Assembly: GCA_049116335.1 (NCBI GenBank) | Contig: JAGDYZ010000020.1 | Span: 21,794 to 85,793, forward strand | Length of the DNA stretch: 64,000 nt | Reading direction: 5' to 3' | Source of the DNA: Pelagimonas sp. | GTDB lineage: Bacteria > Pseudomonadota > Alphaproteobacteria > Rhodobacterales > Rhodobacteraceae | In this document: positions 1 through 7,784 of the stretch, one piece after another | Layout of the letters: each line of letters starts with the position of its first letter | Numbering within the stretch: position 1 is the first letter of the stretch | Notes under the pieces: model-generated | Told to the model about the DNA's origin: nothing | What the model saw: the letters and a program-made list of their open reading frames with translations, nothing else | The model's database searches: none | Made by a program: the position numbers and the translations under genes

Positions 1-29
1 CCTTTAAGTTTAGTGCCCCAATCACAGGA

Positions 30-242
30 TCAAATTGGCATGTTGTCGAACATATCTTCTGCCGCATCGTCAATGCGCGCGGCCAGAGCATTGCGGGCCC
101 AGCTTGGCACCTTGAGCCCCTTGCTCTCCAGGCCAAGAACCGCTTGCTCAATATGATCCAAAAGCTCGTCTTGCTGATCATCTGAGGCCAATTTCAATTC
201 ATCGTGTAATTCAATCAGGCGTGATGCCAGTTTTTCGGCCAT
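30..242 (-). CDS. hypothetical small acidic protein (70 aa)
   Basis: ORF 30..254. The internal ATG at 242 is preceded by GGAGGGG (rc of 246-252). No recognisable motif. Confidence 0.5.
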   Translation of the reverse strand: MAEKLASRLIELHDELKLASDDQQDELLDHIEQAVLGLESKGLKVPSWARNALAARIDDAAEDMFDNMPI

Positions 243-278
243 AGTCCCCTCCACTTACACTTGCGGGTCAGCGATTGA

Positions 279-599
279 TCAGCTGGTCCCAGCACATTTC
301 ACACAAACAGGCGTGTCAGGCAGCACCTCAAGGCGCTGTGCCGAAATCTCATTGCCGCAGCGCACGCAGTCACCGTACTCGCCTAAAGCGATCCGCTGCA
401 AAGCCCCTCGAATTCGTACGATTTCAGCCTGCCCGCTTTGTCCGAGTCGCTCAAGGACTTCGTCATCTTCGCGCTCAACAGCCATCTCTTCCCAGTCTTT
501 CGAGTGCGGTGCTTCCAGAGCCGCTTCTATCCCATCCAGACGTACGCCCAGTTCACGAAGCCGGTTTAGAAGCGCTAACTTGTTCTTATGGTGTGACAT
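279..599 (-). CDS. TraR/DksA family C4-type zinc-finger protein (106 aa)
   Basis: C-terminal CVRCGNEI...N17...CVKC four-Cys motif typical of DksA/TraR. ATG at 599 follows a GGAGG (rc of 607-611). The longer ORF-track start at 689 lacks an RBS. Confidence 0.8.
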   Translation of the reverse strand: MSHHKNKLALLNRLRELGVRLDGIEAALEAPHSKDWEEMAVEREDDEVLERLGQSGQAEIVRIRGALQRIALGEYGDCVRCGNEISAQRLEVLPDTPVCVKCAGTS

Positions 600-687
600 G
601 TTTGGTCCTCCTAAGCTCGGCCAGAAATCTGTCACACCAAACGGGTAAAGGCGTTGACTCAGGTCAACATAAAAAGACTTGAAACAC

Positions 688-701
688 ATTCATGTTTGAA
701 T
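688..701. promoter_or_regulatory. inverted repeat ATTCA-N4-TGAAT in the divergent promoter region; candidate ArsR-type (BigR/SqrR/SoxR-like) operator
   Basis: Sequence ATTCATGTTTGAAT lies about 30 nt upstream of the MBL/PDO start. The direct repeat ATGTTTGA occurs twice (692-699, 704-711). TTGAC-N4-GTCAA lies at about 654-667. Confidence 0.3.
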
Positions 702-729
702 ATATGTTTGACGCAAGCAAGAGGAGCCC

Positions 730-1596
730 ATGATGTCCCCCGAAGTTACCGGTTTTTTTGACCCCGCCACCAACACGATTTCCTACGTTGTCCGCGACCC
801 CAACAGCAGCTCCTGCGCCATCATCGACAGCGTATTGGATTTTGATTACTCCTCTGGCCGCACCGACACCAAATCGGCGGATGAGGTGATTGCCTTTGTC
901 AAAGGCAACAATCTTTATGTTGAGTGGCTTCTGGAAAGCCATGTGCACGCCGACCACCTCAGCGCTGCGCCTTACATCCAAGAGCAGTTGGGGGGTAGAA
1001 TCGGCATCGGGGATCGGATCACCGTGATACAAGACACTTTTGGCAAAGTGTTCAACGAAGGCACCGAATTTCAGCGCGACGGCTCGCAGTTTGACCAACT
1101 GTTTGTTGAAGGCGACAGCGTGATGATTGGCCAGATGCGCGGCGATGTTCTGCATACGCCCGGCCACACCCCAGCCTGCCTGACCTATGTCATCGGCGAT
1201 GCCGCCTTTGTTGGCGACACCCTGTTCATGCCAGACTTTGGCACAGCCCGTTGCGATTTCCCCGGTGGATCTTCCGAAGTCCTGTTTGACTCGGTACAGA
1301 AAATTCTCGCCCTGCCCGATGAGACCCGGATCTTTGTCGGCCACGATTACAAAGCACCCGGTCGCGACGAGTTTGCCTGGGAAACCACCGTGGGTGAACA
1401 AAAATCCCGCAATGTCCATGTTGGGGAAGGAAAATCCAAGGCCGACTTTGTCGATATGCGCGACACCCGGGACGCCACGCTTTCCATGCCGAAACTGATC
1501 ATCCCCTCACTTCAGGTGAATATGCGGGCAGGTCAGATGCCCCCCGCAGACGAGAAAGGCGATGTCTTTCTCAAGGTGCCGGTCAACAAACTCTGA
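730..1596 (+). CDS. MBL-fold metallo-hydrolase, persulfide dioxygenase (ETHE1/PDO)-like
   Basis: HVHADH metal motif, HTPGHTP and FVGDTLF motifs; 288 aa; RBS AAGAGGAG upstream; heads an operon with YeeE/YedE and DUF442 genes. Confidence 0.85.
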   Translation: MMSPEVTGFFDPATNTISYVVRDPNSSSCAIIDSVLDFDYSSGRTDTKSADEVIAFVKGNNLYVEWLLESHVHADHLSAAPYIQEQLGGRIGIGDRITVIQDTFGKVFNEGTEFQRDGSQFDQLFVEGDSVMIGQMRGDVLHTPGHTPACLTYVIGDAAFVGDTLFMPDFGTARCDFPGGSSEVLFDSVQKILALPDETRIFVGHDYKAPGRDEFAWETTVGEQKSRNVHVGEGKSKADFVDMRDTRDATLSMPKLIIPSLQVNMRAGQMPPADEKGDVFLKVPVNKL

Positions 1597-1677
1597 CTTC
1601 ATCCCCGGCGCGCGAACCGGGGTTTCATGACGCAAGAACCGCTGCTCAGGCGGCGCATAGGACGTAAGGAAACGCAA

Positions 1678-2103
1678 ATGCCAATGGATTGGATCTGGGG
1701 ACTGATCGGCGGATTGCTGATTGGCTCGGGCGGTGCAGTGTATCTGCTGATGAACGGGCGGATCATGGGCGCCAGCGGGATCATCGGCGGGCTGGTGGAT
1801 GGCTCAGGCCGTGCCACCAAATGGGAACGCCTGATCTTTCTCGCCGGCGTTGCGGGCATTCCCGTGATGCTCACCGCGCTCTTTGGCAAGATCGACACCC
1901 ATGTCACCGACAACATCGGAGTTCTGATTACAGCCGGTCTTTTGGTGGGCATCGGCACCCGGATCGCCAACGGCTGTACGTCGGGTCATGGGGTTTGTGG
2001 CATGTCGCGCCTGTCATTGCGCGGATTTGCAGCCACCATATTCTATATTCTGGCTGGTGGTCTGGGAGTTGTCCTGTTCCGCCATATTCTCGGAGTGATC
2101 TGA
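1678..2103 (+). CDS. YeeE/YedE family sulfur-compound transport protein, half-size (141 aa)
   Basis: Multi-TM protein with the conserved NGCTSGHGVCG motif. ATG at 1678 follows AAGGA. The ORF-track start at 1627 adds a non-hydrophobic leader. Confidence 0.8.
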   Translation: MPMDWIWGLIGGLLIGSGGAVYLLMNGRIMGASGIIGGLVDGSGRATKWERLIFLAGVAGIPVMLTALFGKIDTHVTDNIGVLITAGLLVGIGTRIANGCTSGHGVCGMSRLSLRGFAATIFYILAGGLGVVLFRHILGVI

Positions 2104-2537
2104 TGCAACTTCTTTTTGCCTTTATCGCCGGTGGTCTGTTTGGGGCCGGGTTGTTCACATCGGGTATGACAGACACCACCAAGGTGCAGGGATGGCTGGA
2201 CGTTTTTGGGAACTGGGATCCGACCCTAGCCTTTGTGATGGGTGGCGCCATGTTGCCTATGGCCATCGCTTGGATCATAGCAGAGAGACGCAAAAGCTCG
2301 GTTCTGGGCACGCCGCTGCCCCCCAAACCGTCGACGACCATCGATCGCAATCTCGCCTTGGGGTCGGTCATGTTTGGCCTGGGCTGGGGCCTGGCCGGTC
2401 TGTGCCCCGGCCCGGTGATTGCCTCGCTCTCCTACGGTGGGAGCAGTCTCTGGATCTTCCTGATAGCCATGCTCTCTGGCATGTTGGTCGCGCCTCACCT
2501 GCGCCTGCGACTGGACAGACAGCTGCCCGCCGAGTAA
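2103..2537 (+). CDS. YeeE/YedE-related membrane protein, second half-size partner (144 aa)
   Basis: Starts MQLLFAFIAGGLFGAGL, with a TGATG overlap on the upstream stop. GLAGLCPGP motif. The upstream part of ORF 1689..2537 is an out-of-frame overlap with the previous gene. Confidence 0.8.
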   Translation: MQLLFAFIAGGLFGAGLFTSGMTDTTKVQGWLDVFGNWDPTLAFVMGGAMLPMAIAWIIAERRKSSVLGTPLPPKPSTTIDRNLALGSVMFGLGWGLAGLCPGPVIASLSYGGSSLWIFLIAMLSGMLVAPHLRLRLDRQLPAE

Positions 2538-2546
2538 TCGAAAGAT

Positions 2547-2972
2547 ATGGATATTCGAGAAATCACCCCCGACTACCACGTCTCGCCGCAGATTTCCGCC
2601 GAGGATGTGGCCGCAATCAAAGAGGCGGGCTTTGTCCGCATCATTTGCAACCGCCCGGATGCCGAAGTGCCCCCGTCACATCGCGCCAGTGCCATAGAAG
2701 CCGCGGCGCAGGCCGCCGGGATCGAGTTTGAGGTGCTGCCTCTGACCCATCAGACCATGACCCCGGACAATGTCGCGCGTCAGACCGAGATGTCCCAGGC
2801 CAGCGGTCCGGTGTTGGCCTATTGTGCGTCGGGCACGCGCTGTAGCGTAATCTGGGCCTTGGGTCAGGCCGGACAGCATTCAGCGGATGACATTCTGTCC
2901 CAGACAGCCGCAGCGGGCTACGATCTGGGCAATCTGCGCCCCATGCTCGAAAGCAAGATCACCCGCAGCTGA
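2547..2972 (+). CDS. TIGR01244/DUF442 family sulfurtransferase/phosphatase-like protein (the N-terminal domain of Blh as a stand-alone gene)
   Basis: 141 aa. CASGTRC active-site-like loop. Starts 10 nt after the YedE-like stop. Confidence 0.75.
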   Translation: MDIREITPDYHVSPQISAEDVAAIKEAGFVRIICNRPDAEVPPSHRASAIEAAAQAAGIEFEVLPLTHQTMTPDNVARQTEMSQASGPVLAYCASGTRCSVIWALGQAGQHSADDILSQTAAAGYDLGNLRPMLESKITRS

Positions 2973-2992
2973 TTTTTCAGATGATTCACGTG

Positions 2993-3022
2993 AAAGCCCC
3001 GGTTTGCGCCGGGGCTTTTGCA
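2993..3022. terminator. bidirectional intrinsic terminator hairpin between convergent genes
   Basis: AAAGCCCCGG (2993-3002), loop TTTGCG, CCGGGGCTTT (3009-3018), followed by T residues. A-run and T-run flank both sides. Confidence 0.8.
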
Positions 3023-3043
3023 TTTAGAGAGTTACGCTTTGGA

Positions 3044-4294
3044 TTAGTCCATTGTCGCGGGTGAGAAATCAAAGTCTCCCGTCCCGTCATCTCCGCCCTC
3101 AGCCGGGGTATCGAGGAAATCCAGATCAAGATCCAGCGCCCCGCTTTCGGCTTCGAAATCCATCGAAGGCAAATCGGGCAGTTCTTCGGGCGTCGAGGGA
3201 TCAAAGGCCGGTTCTTCAGATGCCGCATCGGCACCAAAGTCCATGTCCAGATCCATGGCAGCAGGCTCTGCCGCATCACCGCCGAACCCCATATCCATAC
3301 CACCTAAATCGGGCAAGGCAGCAGGCGCGGTTTCAACCCCAATTGCCAATCCCGCAGCAGGCTCCGCAAGCGCAGGCAGATCCGCAACTGGCGGTGCAAC
3401 TGGCTCCGGGCGCGGTGGCCATGTCAGGCGCACGGCCCGCATACCGTTCATTTGGCCCAGACCACCTTTGGCAACAATCTGAGACCCACCTGCCAACACC
3501 TCGAGCCCGTCTTTGGCATCGGTGCCCAGCATCAAAAGATCACCGGCTTTTAGCGCATTCGCCTGCGACAAAGGCATGGTGACACGCGCCAAAACGGTAT
3601 CAAGCCGCGCAGGTACGCGGCTCATCTGGTCTTCATGGGTGCCTTTGGCCGCTTGCCCGTTTTCGTCAAGCTCGGCCGTCTTTTTGATTTCCCGTTCGGG
3701 AAGCATCAGGGTCAGCGCGCCTTTGCGTCGCCCCAAAGCCAAATCAACATCTGCGCGGAAACAACGATACGAAGATGCATCCAACAAGAGCCCAACCGCG
3801 CGGGCATCTTCGACCATGGCGCCGAATTTGTAGCCTTCCAGCTGGGGATGCATCGGATGGTGATCCAGGTTCATCGCCAGAAGCTCAAGCGCGCCATCCA
3901 AAAGCGGCGCCATCATCGCAGCGTCCGTCGGTGTCAGCAGGCGGTCCTCATCGACCGGCATCTGTGTCACCTGCAAAATGGTCTGAACTTCGACAAGGCC
4001 GGTCATCACTTCGCGGTCGATCGCAGCAAGCCCCAGGGCCCCATCCGGACCATCCAGCAGAACCAAAAGATCTTTGGAACCGAGCCCGTCAATTACGCCA
4101 TCCTGATCGTGCATTTCGACGGTGACGGCCTGCGTGACAAGCGCGAGCCCCCACTGAGAATCAGCCGTGCGCGATAATGCGCGCCGCAGCGCTTTGGCTG
4201 GCGACATTCCTTTTGCCTCAAACGCACGCTGAGCCGCCTGCGCCTTTTGACCTAGAACATCCTGTCGTCCACCGTCAGCCATTCGAAGATTCAC
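3044..4294 (-). CDS. FliM/FliN (SpoA-domain) family protein with a long acidic C-terminal tail; orphan, with no flagellar genes nearby
   Basis: FliN/SpoA-like segment LLMLGTDAKDGLEVLAGGSQIVAKGGLGQMNGMRAVRL. FliM-like N-terminal and middle region. The C-terminal ~125 aa are rich in D/E/P/A with repeated (M/L)D(L/M)D(L/M)DF-type motifs. The start is GTG at 4294 or ATG at 4282. Confidence 0.6.
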   Translation of the reverse strand: MNLRMADGGRQDVLGQKAQAAQRAFEAKGMSPAKALRRALSRTADSQWGLALVTQAVTVEMHDQDGVIDGLGSKDLLVLLDGPDGALGLAAIDREVMTGLVEVQTILQVTQMPVDEDRLLTPTDAAMMAPLLDGALELLAMNLDHHPMHPQLEGYKFGAMVEDARAVGLLLDASSYRCFRADVDLALGRRKGALTLMLPEREIKKTAELDENGQAAKGTHEDQMSRVPARLDTVLARVTMPLSQANALKAGDLLMLGTDAKDGLEVLAGGSQIVAKGGLGQMNGMRAVRLTWPPRPEPVAPPVADLPALAEPAAGLAIGVETAPAALPDLGGMDMGFGGDAAEPAAMDLDMDFGADAASEEPAFDPSTPEELPDLPSMDFEAESGALDLDLDFLDTPAEGGDDGTGDFDFSPATMD

Positions 4295-4376
4295 CCGTCC
4301 TTTTTAGATCCTCCGAGGGAGTTATGCCGGGATTTGGTTACCAAGCCCTTTATATGACCCCGAAAAACTTTAAGAA

Positions 4377-7055
4377 TTACTGCGCTGCCAGAGCCTGATT
4401 CAGCGGCAGTGAAACACGAAATGCGGCCCCACCCCGTCCAGGCAAATAACTAATTTCGCCGCCCAAACGACTGACAATCTGACGACAAATCGCAAGCCCG
4501 AGCCCAGCACCACCTGCTTTTTGGTCACTGACACGGGCAAATTTCTCGAAAATCACGTCCTGTGCTTCGGGCGCGACCCCGCTGCCGTTATCCACAAAAT
4601 CCACATTCACCGACCCGGCTATTTGCTCCACGTGAATCGACAGTTCCGGGCGTCCCGCGTCACAATATTTCCGTGCGTTTGCAATCAGATTGATGAAAAC
4701 CTGGCTCAAACGTTCGGTATCGGTGTTCAGGATCACCTCTTCGCGCGACCGGTGACGATGGATCATCAGAACCTGTTCATCTCCATGGGCCAGCGCCGCA
4801 GCCACAGCCCGATCCAGCACATCCGACAACACGCCCTGCCCTATGTTCAAACTCACCTGACCATTTTCCAAAACGCTCAGATCAAGCAGATCATCCAAAA
4901 GGCGAGTTAGGCGGATCGCCTCGTCGTGAATGATCGAAGCATAGCGGTTCTGTTCCTCACGCGTAATACCGTCTGTGTCTCGCAAAATTTCGGAAAACGC
5001 CCGAATCGAGGTCATCGGGGTGCGCAACTCGTGGCTGATCTGACTCAGAAAGGCATCTTTTTGGACAGACAGGCGTGTCAGCTTGTCATTGGCCGCACGC
5101 AGCTGCGCCGCCGTTCGGGTCAATTCGCGTGACTGCGCCTCAAGCCGTGCGGAGGTTTCCATCATTTGCGCGGTTTCATCCGCGACCGCCATAAGATCGG
5201 CAACAGAGACGCTCATGCCGCCTACGATCTGGCCAATCATGGCATGGGCCGTCGCCGCGCCCACCGACCCCGCCAGCTCCCGCTCAAGCACTTCGAGAAA
5301 CTCAGGCGAGGTCATGGGCAGGTGCCCATCCAGACCCTGACGGCGCGCTTCTCGCAAGAACAATCCCTGCGCATCCGCCGCCCCCAGGATCCGCTGGGCC
5401 ATCACCATCAGATCTTCGGCCTGCGCCCCACTTTGCGACCAGCTCCGTGGCCCCGTGGCCTGCTGAACATTGACAAACTGTGCCCCCTGTAGCCGCTCTA
5501 ACGGAGACGGGAAGCTCGCAAGGGAGACCCCGAAAAAGGCGATGGTGTTGAGAAAGAAGCTCCACAGCACGGCGTGCAACAGCGGATCAATCCCCGCTAT
5601 CCCAAACAAAGCCCGCGGGTTAAGCCACATCACGCCAAAAGGCCCAGTCTCCAGCCAACTCTCTGGAACAAAGGCTCCTGACCCGAAGCTCGGCAAATAC
5701 AGAGTGTACAACCAAACCAAGAACCCCACAGTCAGCCCAGCAAAAGCCCCTGCGCGGGTGGCTCCGCGCCAGAAGATCCCGCCCAAAAGCGCGGGCAGAA
5801 CCTGTGCCACACCTGTAAATGCGACCAAGCCAATTGTGGCCAAGGCCGCTCCGCCGCCGGATTGCGCGTAATACAGATAGCCCAGCGCCAGAACGCCGGC
5901 GATGGACACACGACGGGATACCAACACAACATTGCGGACGTCGCCCGATACGCTCACCCGGGTTTCATTGAACCGCAACCAGAGTGGCATCACGATATGG
6001 TTTGACACCATTGTCGAGAGCGCGATGGCCGCGACAATCACCATCGAGGTGGCCGAGCTGAAGCCCCCCAAAAATGACAACATCGCCAACCCATCCTGAC
6101 CAAAGGCCAAGGGCACTGTGAGAACAAACAAATCGGGGTTTGACCCTTCGGGCAGCACATCAAGGCCCACCACCGCTATGGGCAGAATGAACAGGCTCAT
6201 CAGCATGAGATAGAGGGGGAAGGCCCAGGCCGCCATTCGGAGCTGCGCATCATTGTCGTTTTCTACAACCATGACCTGAAACATCCGTGGCAGGCACAGG
6301 AATGCTGCGGCAGAGAGAAAGAGCAATCCTGCCCAGCGCCCGCCCTGCACTTCCCAGCGCCCCAGCGCCGAGGCATCAATCCGGTCCAGTACTGGGCCGA
6401 CGCCTCCCGAAATCCCCCAAACCACGAATATGCCCACTGCCAGCAAAGCAGCCAGTTTGACGATCGCTTCGACCGCAATAGCCATGACCACCCCGTGGTG
6501 GCGTTCGTTGGCGTCCAGATTTCGGGTGCCAAAGATCACAGTAAAAATGGCCAGTCCAACAGCCACCCAAAGGGCGGTGGGTTGGTTGTTGGCCATACCA
6601 TCCGGGGCGCCACTAAACACTTCGACGCTCAGAACAACCGATTGCAACTGCAGCGCAATATAAGGTGTGGTGCCCACGACAGCGAGCAGGGTCACCCCCA
6701 CCCCAAGCAGGTTGGATTTACCATAACGCGACGAAATGAGGTCCGCGACAGAGGTGATCCGCTGGCTGCGCCCGATCCGCACCAGTTTACGCAGCACCCA
6801 CCACCAGCCGATCAGCACAAGACTGGGACCCAGATAGATCGTCAGATACTCGAACCCATTCCGCGCCGCAGAGCCAACCGCGCCATAAAACGTCCAGGCC
6901 GTGCAGTAGATTGACAAAGACAGCGTGTAGATAATCGGCGTGTGCAGCCAGTTTCCCCGCCCCCTGCGTGCGGCGCGTTCCGCAAAAAAGGCCACTGCAA
7001 AAAGAAAGAACACGTAGAGAATCGAAATCGCAGCCAGCGCGTTGAGCATCGTCAC
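4377..7055 (-). CDS. sensor histidine kinase with an N-terminal sodium:solute symporter (SSS) family membrane domain
   Basis: The first ~500 aa are polytopic and SSS-like. H-box SHELRTPMTSIRAF, N-box NLIANARKY, G-boxes DNGSGV and GGAGLGLAICRQIV. No C-terminal receiver. The GTG start overlaps the upstream stop (GTGA). Confidence 0.85.
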   Translation of the reverse strand: MTMLNALAAISILYVFFLFAVAFFAERAARRGRGNWLHTPIIYTLSLSIYCTAWTFYGAVGSAARNGFEYLTIYLGPSLVLIGWWWVLRKLVRIGRSQRITSVADLISSRYGKSNLLGVGVTLLAVVGTTPYIALQLQSVVLSVEVFSGAPDGMANNQPTALWVAVGLAIFTVIFGTRNLDANERHHGVVMAIAVEAIVKLAALLAVGIFVVWGISGGVGPVLDRIDASALGRWEVQGGRWAGLLFLSAAAFLCLPRMFQVMVVENDNDAQLRMAAWAFPLYLMLMSLFILPIAVVGLDVLPEGSNPDLFVLTVPLAFGQDGLAMLSFLGGFSSATSMVIVAAIALSTMVSNHIVMPLWLRFNETRVSVSGDVRNVVLVSRRVSIAGVLALGYLYYAQSGGGAALATIGLVAFTGVAQVLPALLGGIFWRGATRAGAFAGLTVGFLVWLYTLYLPSFGSGAFVPESWLETGPFGVMWLNPRALFGIAGIDPLLHAVLWSFFLNTIAFFGVSLASFPSPLERLQGAQFVNVQQATGPRSWSQSGAQAEDLMVMAQRILGAADAQGLFLREARRQGLDGHLPMTSPEFLEVLERELAGSVGAATAHAMIGQIVGGMSVSVADLMAVADETAQMMETSARLEAQSRELTRTAAQLRAANDKLTRLSVQKDAFLSQISHELRTPMTSIRAFSEILRDTDGITREEQNRYASIIHDEAIRLTRLLDDLLDLSVLENGQVSLNIGQGVLSDVLDRAVAAALAHGDEQVLMIHRHRSREEVILNTDTERLSQVFINLIANARKYCDAGRPELSIHVEQIAGSVNVDFVDNGSGVAPEAQDVIFEKFARVSDQKAGGAGLGLAICRQIVSRLGGEISYLPGRGGAAFRVSLPLNQALAAQ

Positions 7056-7321
7056 GTATCGTCTCCGACCGCTGGTTCACGCAGACGCCGCATGGCAAAA
7101 ACCAGTGCGCCAGACACAATCGGCAAACCGAGCCAGATTGAGAAGATATAGATCATCGTTGTTGAGGCGCTGGGACCCTCTTCCGGCACGGCCCACAGCA
7201 ATGGCAGCAACCAAAGCAACAGGCCTAACACCGGCAGGGCTCGGGCGGCATCGACCAGACGCCGCCGCCGATAGGTCTGCCGCTCGACAAACAGCGGCGA
7301 CCCCTGCGGTGCCCCGCTCAT
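7052..7321 (-). CDS. small membrane protein (89 aa, two predicted TM helices)
   Basis: Hydrophobic segments LPVLGLLLWLLPLLW and MIYIFSIWLGLPIVSGALVFA. ATGA overlap with the REC gene stop, and its own stop overlaps the kinase start. Confidence 0.6.
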   Translation of the reverse strand: MSGAPQGSPLFVERQTYRRRRLVDAARALPVLGLLLWLLPLLWAVPEEGPSASTTMIYIFSIWLGLPIVSGALVFAMRRLREPAVGDDT

Positions 7322-7689
7322 GAGGTTACAGTCAGCGACCGCACCGCATCAAGAACCTCTGCATTTGAGAACGGTTTGGTCATAAAGCGGCTCGCCCCGG
7401 CGCGTTCGGCCATTTCGCGGTCTTTGTTCTGCCCACGTGCGGTCAGCATCAAAACCGGAAGCTCTTCCGTGTCGGGGGCACCACGCAGATCGCGCAAAAT
7501 ATCATAGCCTGACCGACCGGGAAGCATGACATCCAAAATCAAAACATCGGGGGATTTGGCACGCACCACATCCGCCGCATCCACTCCATTTGAGTGGGTA
7601 TCTACGCGCCAACCTTCTCGCGACAGGATAAACCGGATCGCTTCGATGATGTTTGGCTCGTCCTCAATTAACAGCACATGGCCGGCCAT
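7318..7689 (-). CDS. single-domain response regulator (CheY-like receiver only, 123 aa)
   Basis: LLIEDEP...LILDVMLPGRSG...TKPF receiver signature. No output domain. RBS GGGGAGGA upstream. Confidence 0.9.
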   Translation of the reverse strand: MAGHVLLIEDEPNIIEAIRFILSREGWRVDTHSNGVDAADVVRAKSPDVLILDVMLPGRSGYDILRDLRGAPDTEELPVLMLTARGQNKDREMAERAGASRFMTKPFSNAEVLDAVRSLTVTS

Positions 7690-7784
7690 ACGTCCTCCCC
7701 TTACCTGTCACACGCCCTGTTCTCCGGGTCTTTGCTCAGGTCGAACAACACTAAGCCCATTCCTTACGCAGTGTCAAAACACCG

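Noticed and set aside
1689-2102. Upstream part of ORF 1689..2537 (282 aa).
   Set aside because: It is an out-of-frame overlap with the first YeeE/YedE gene. The real gene starts at the TGATG junction at 2103 with a hydrophobic YedE-like N-terminus.
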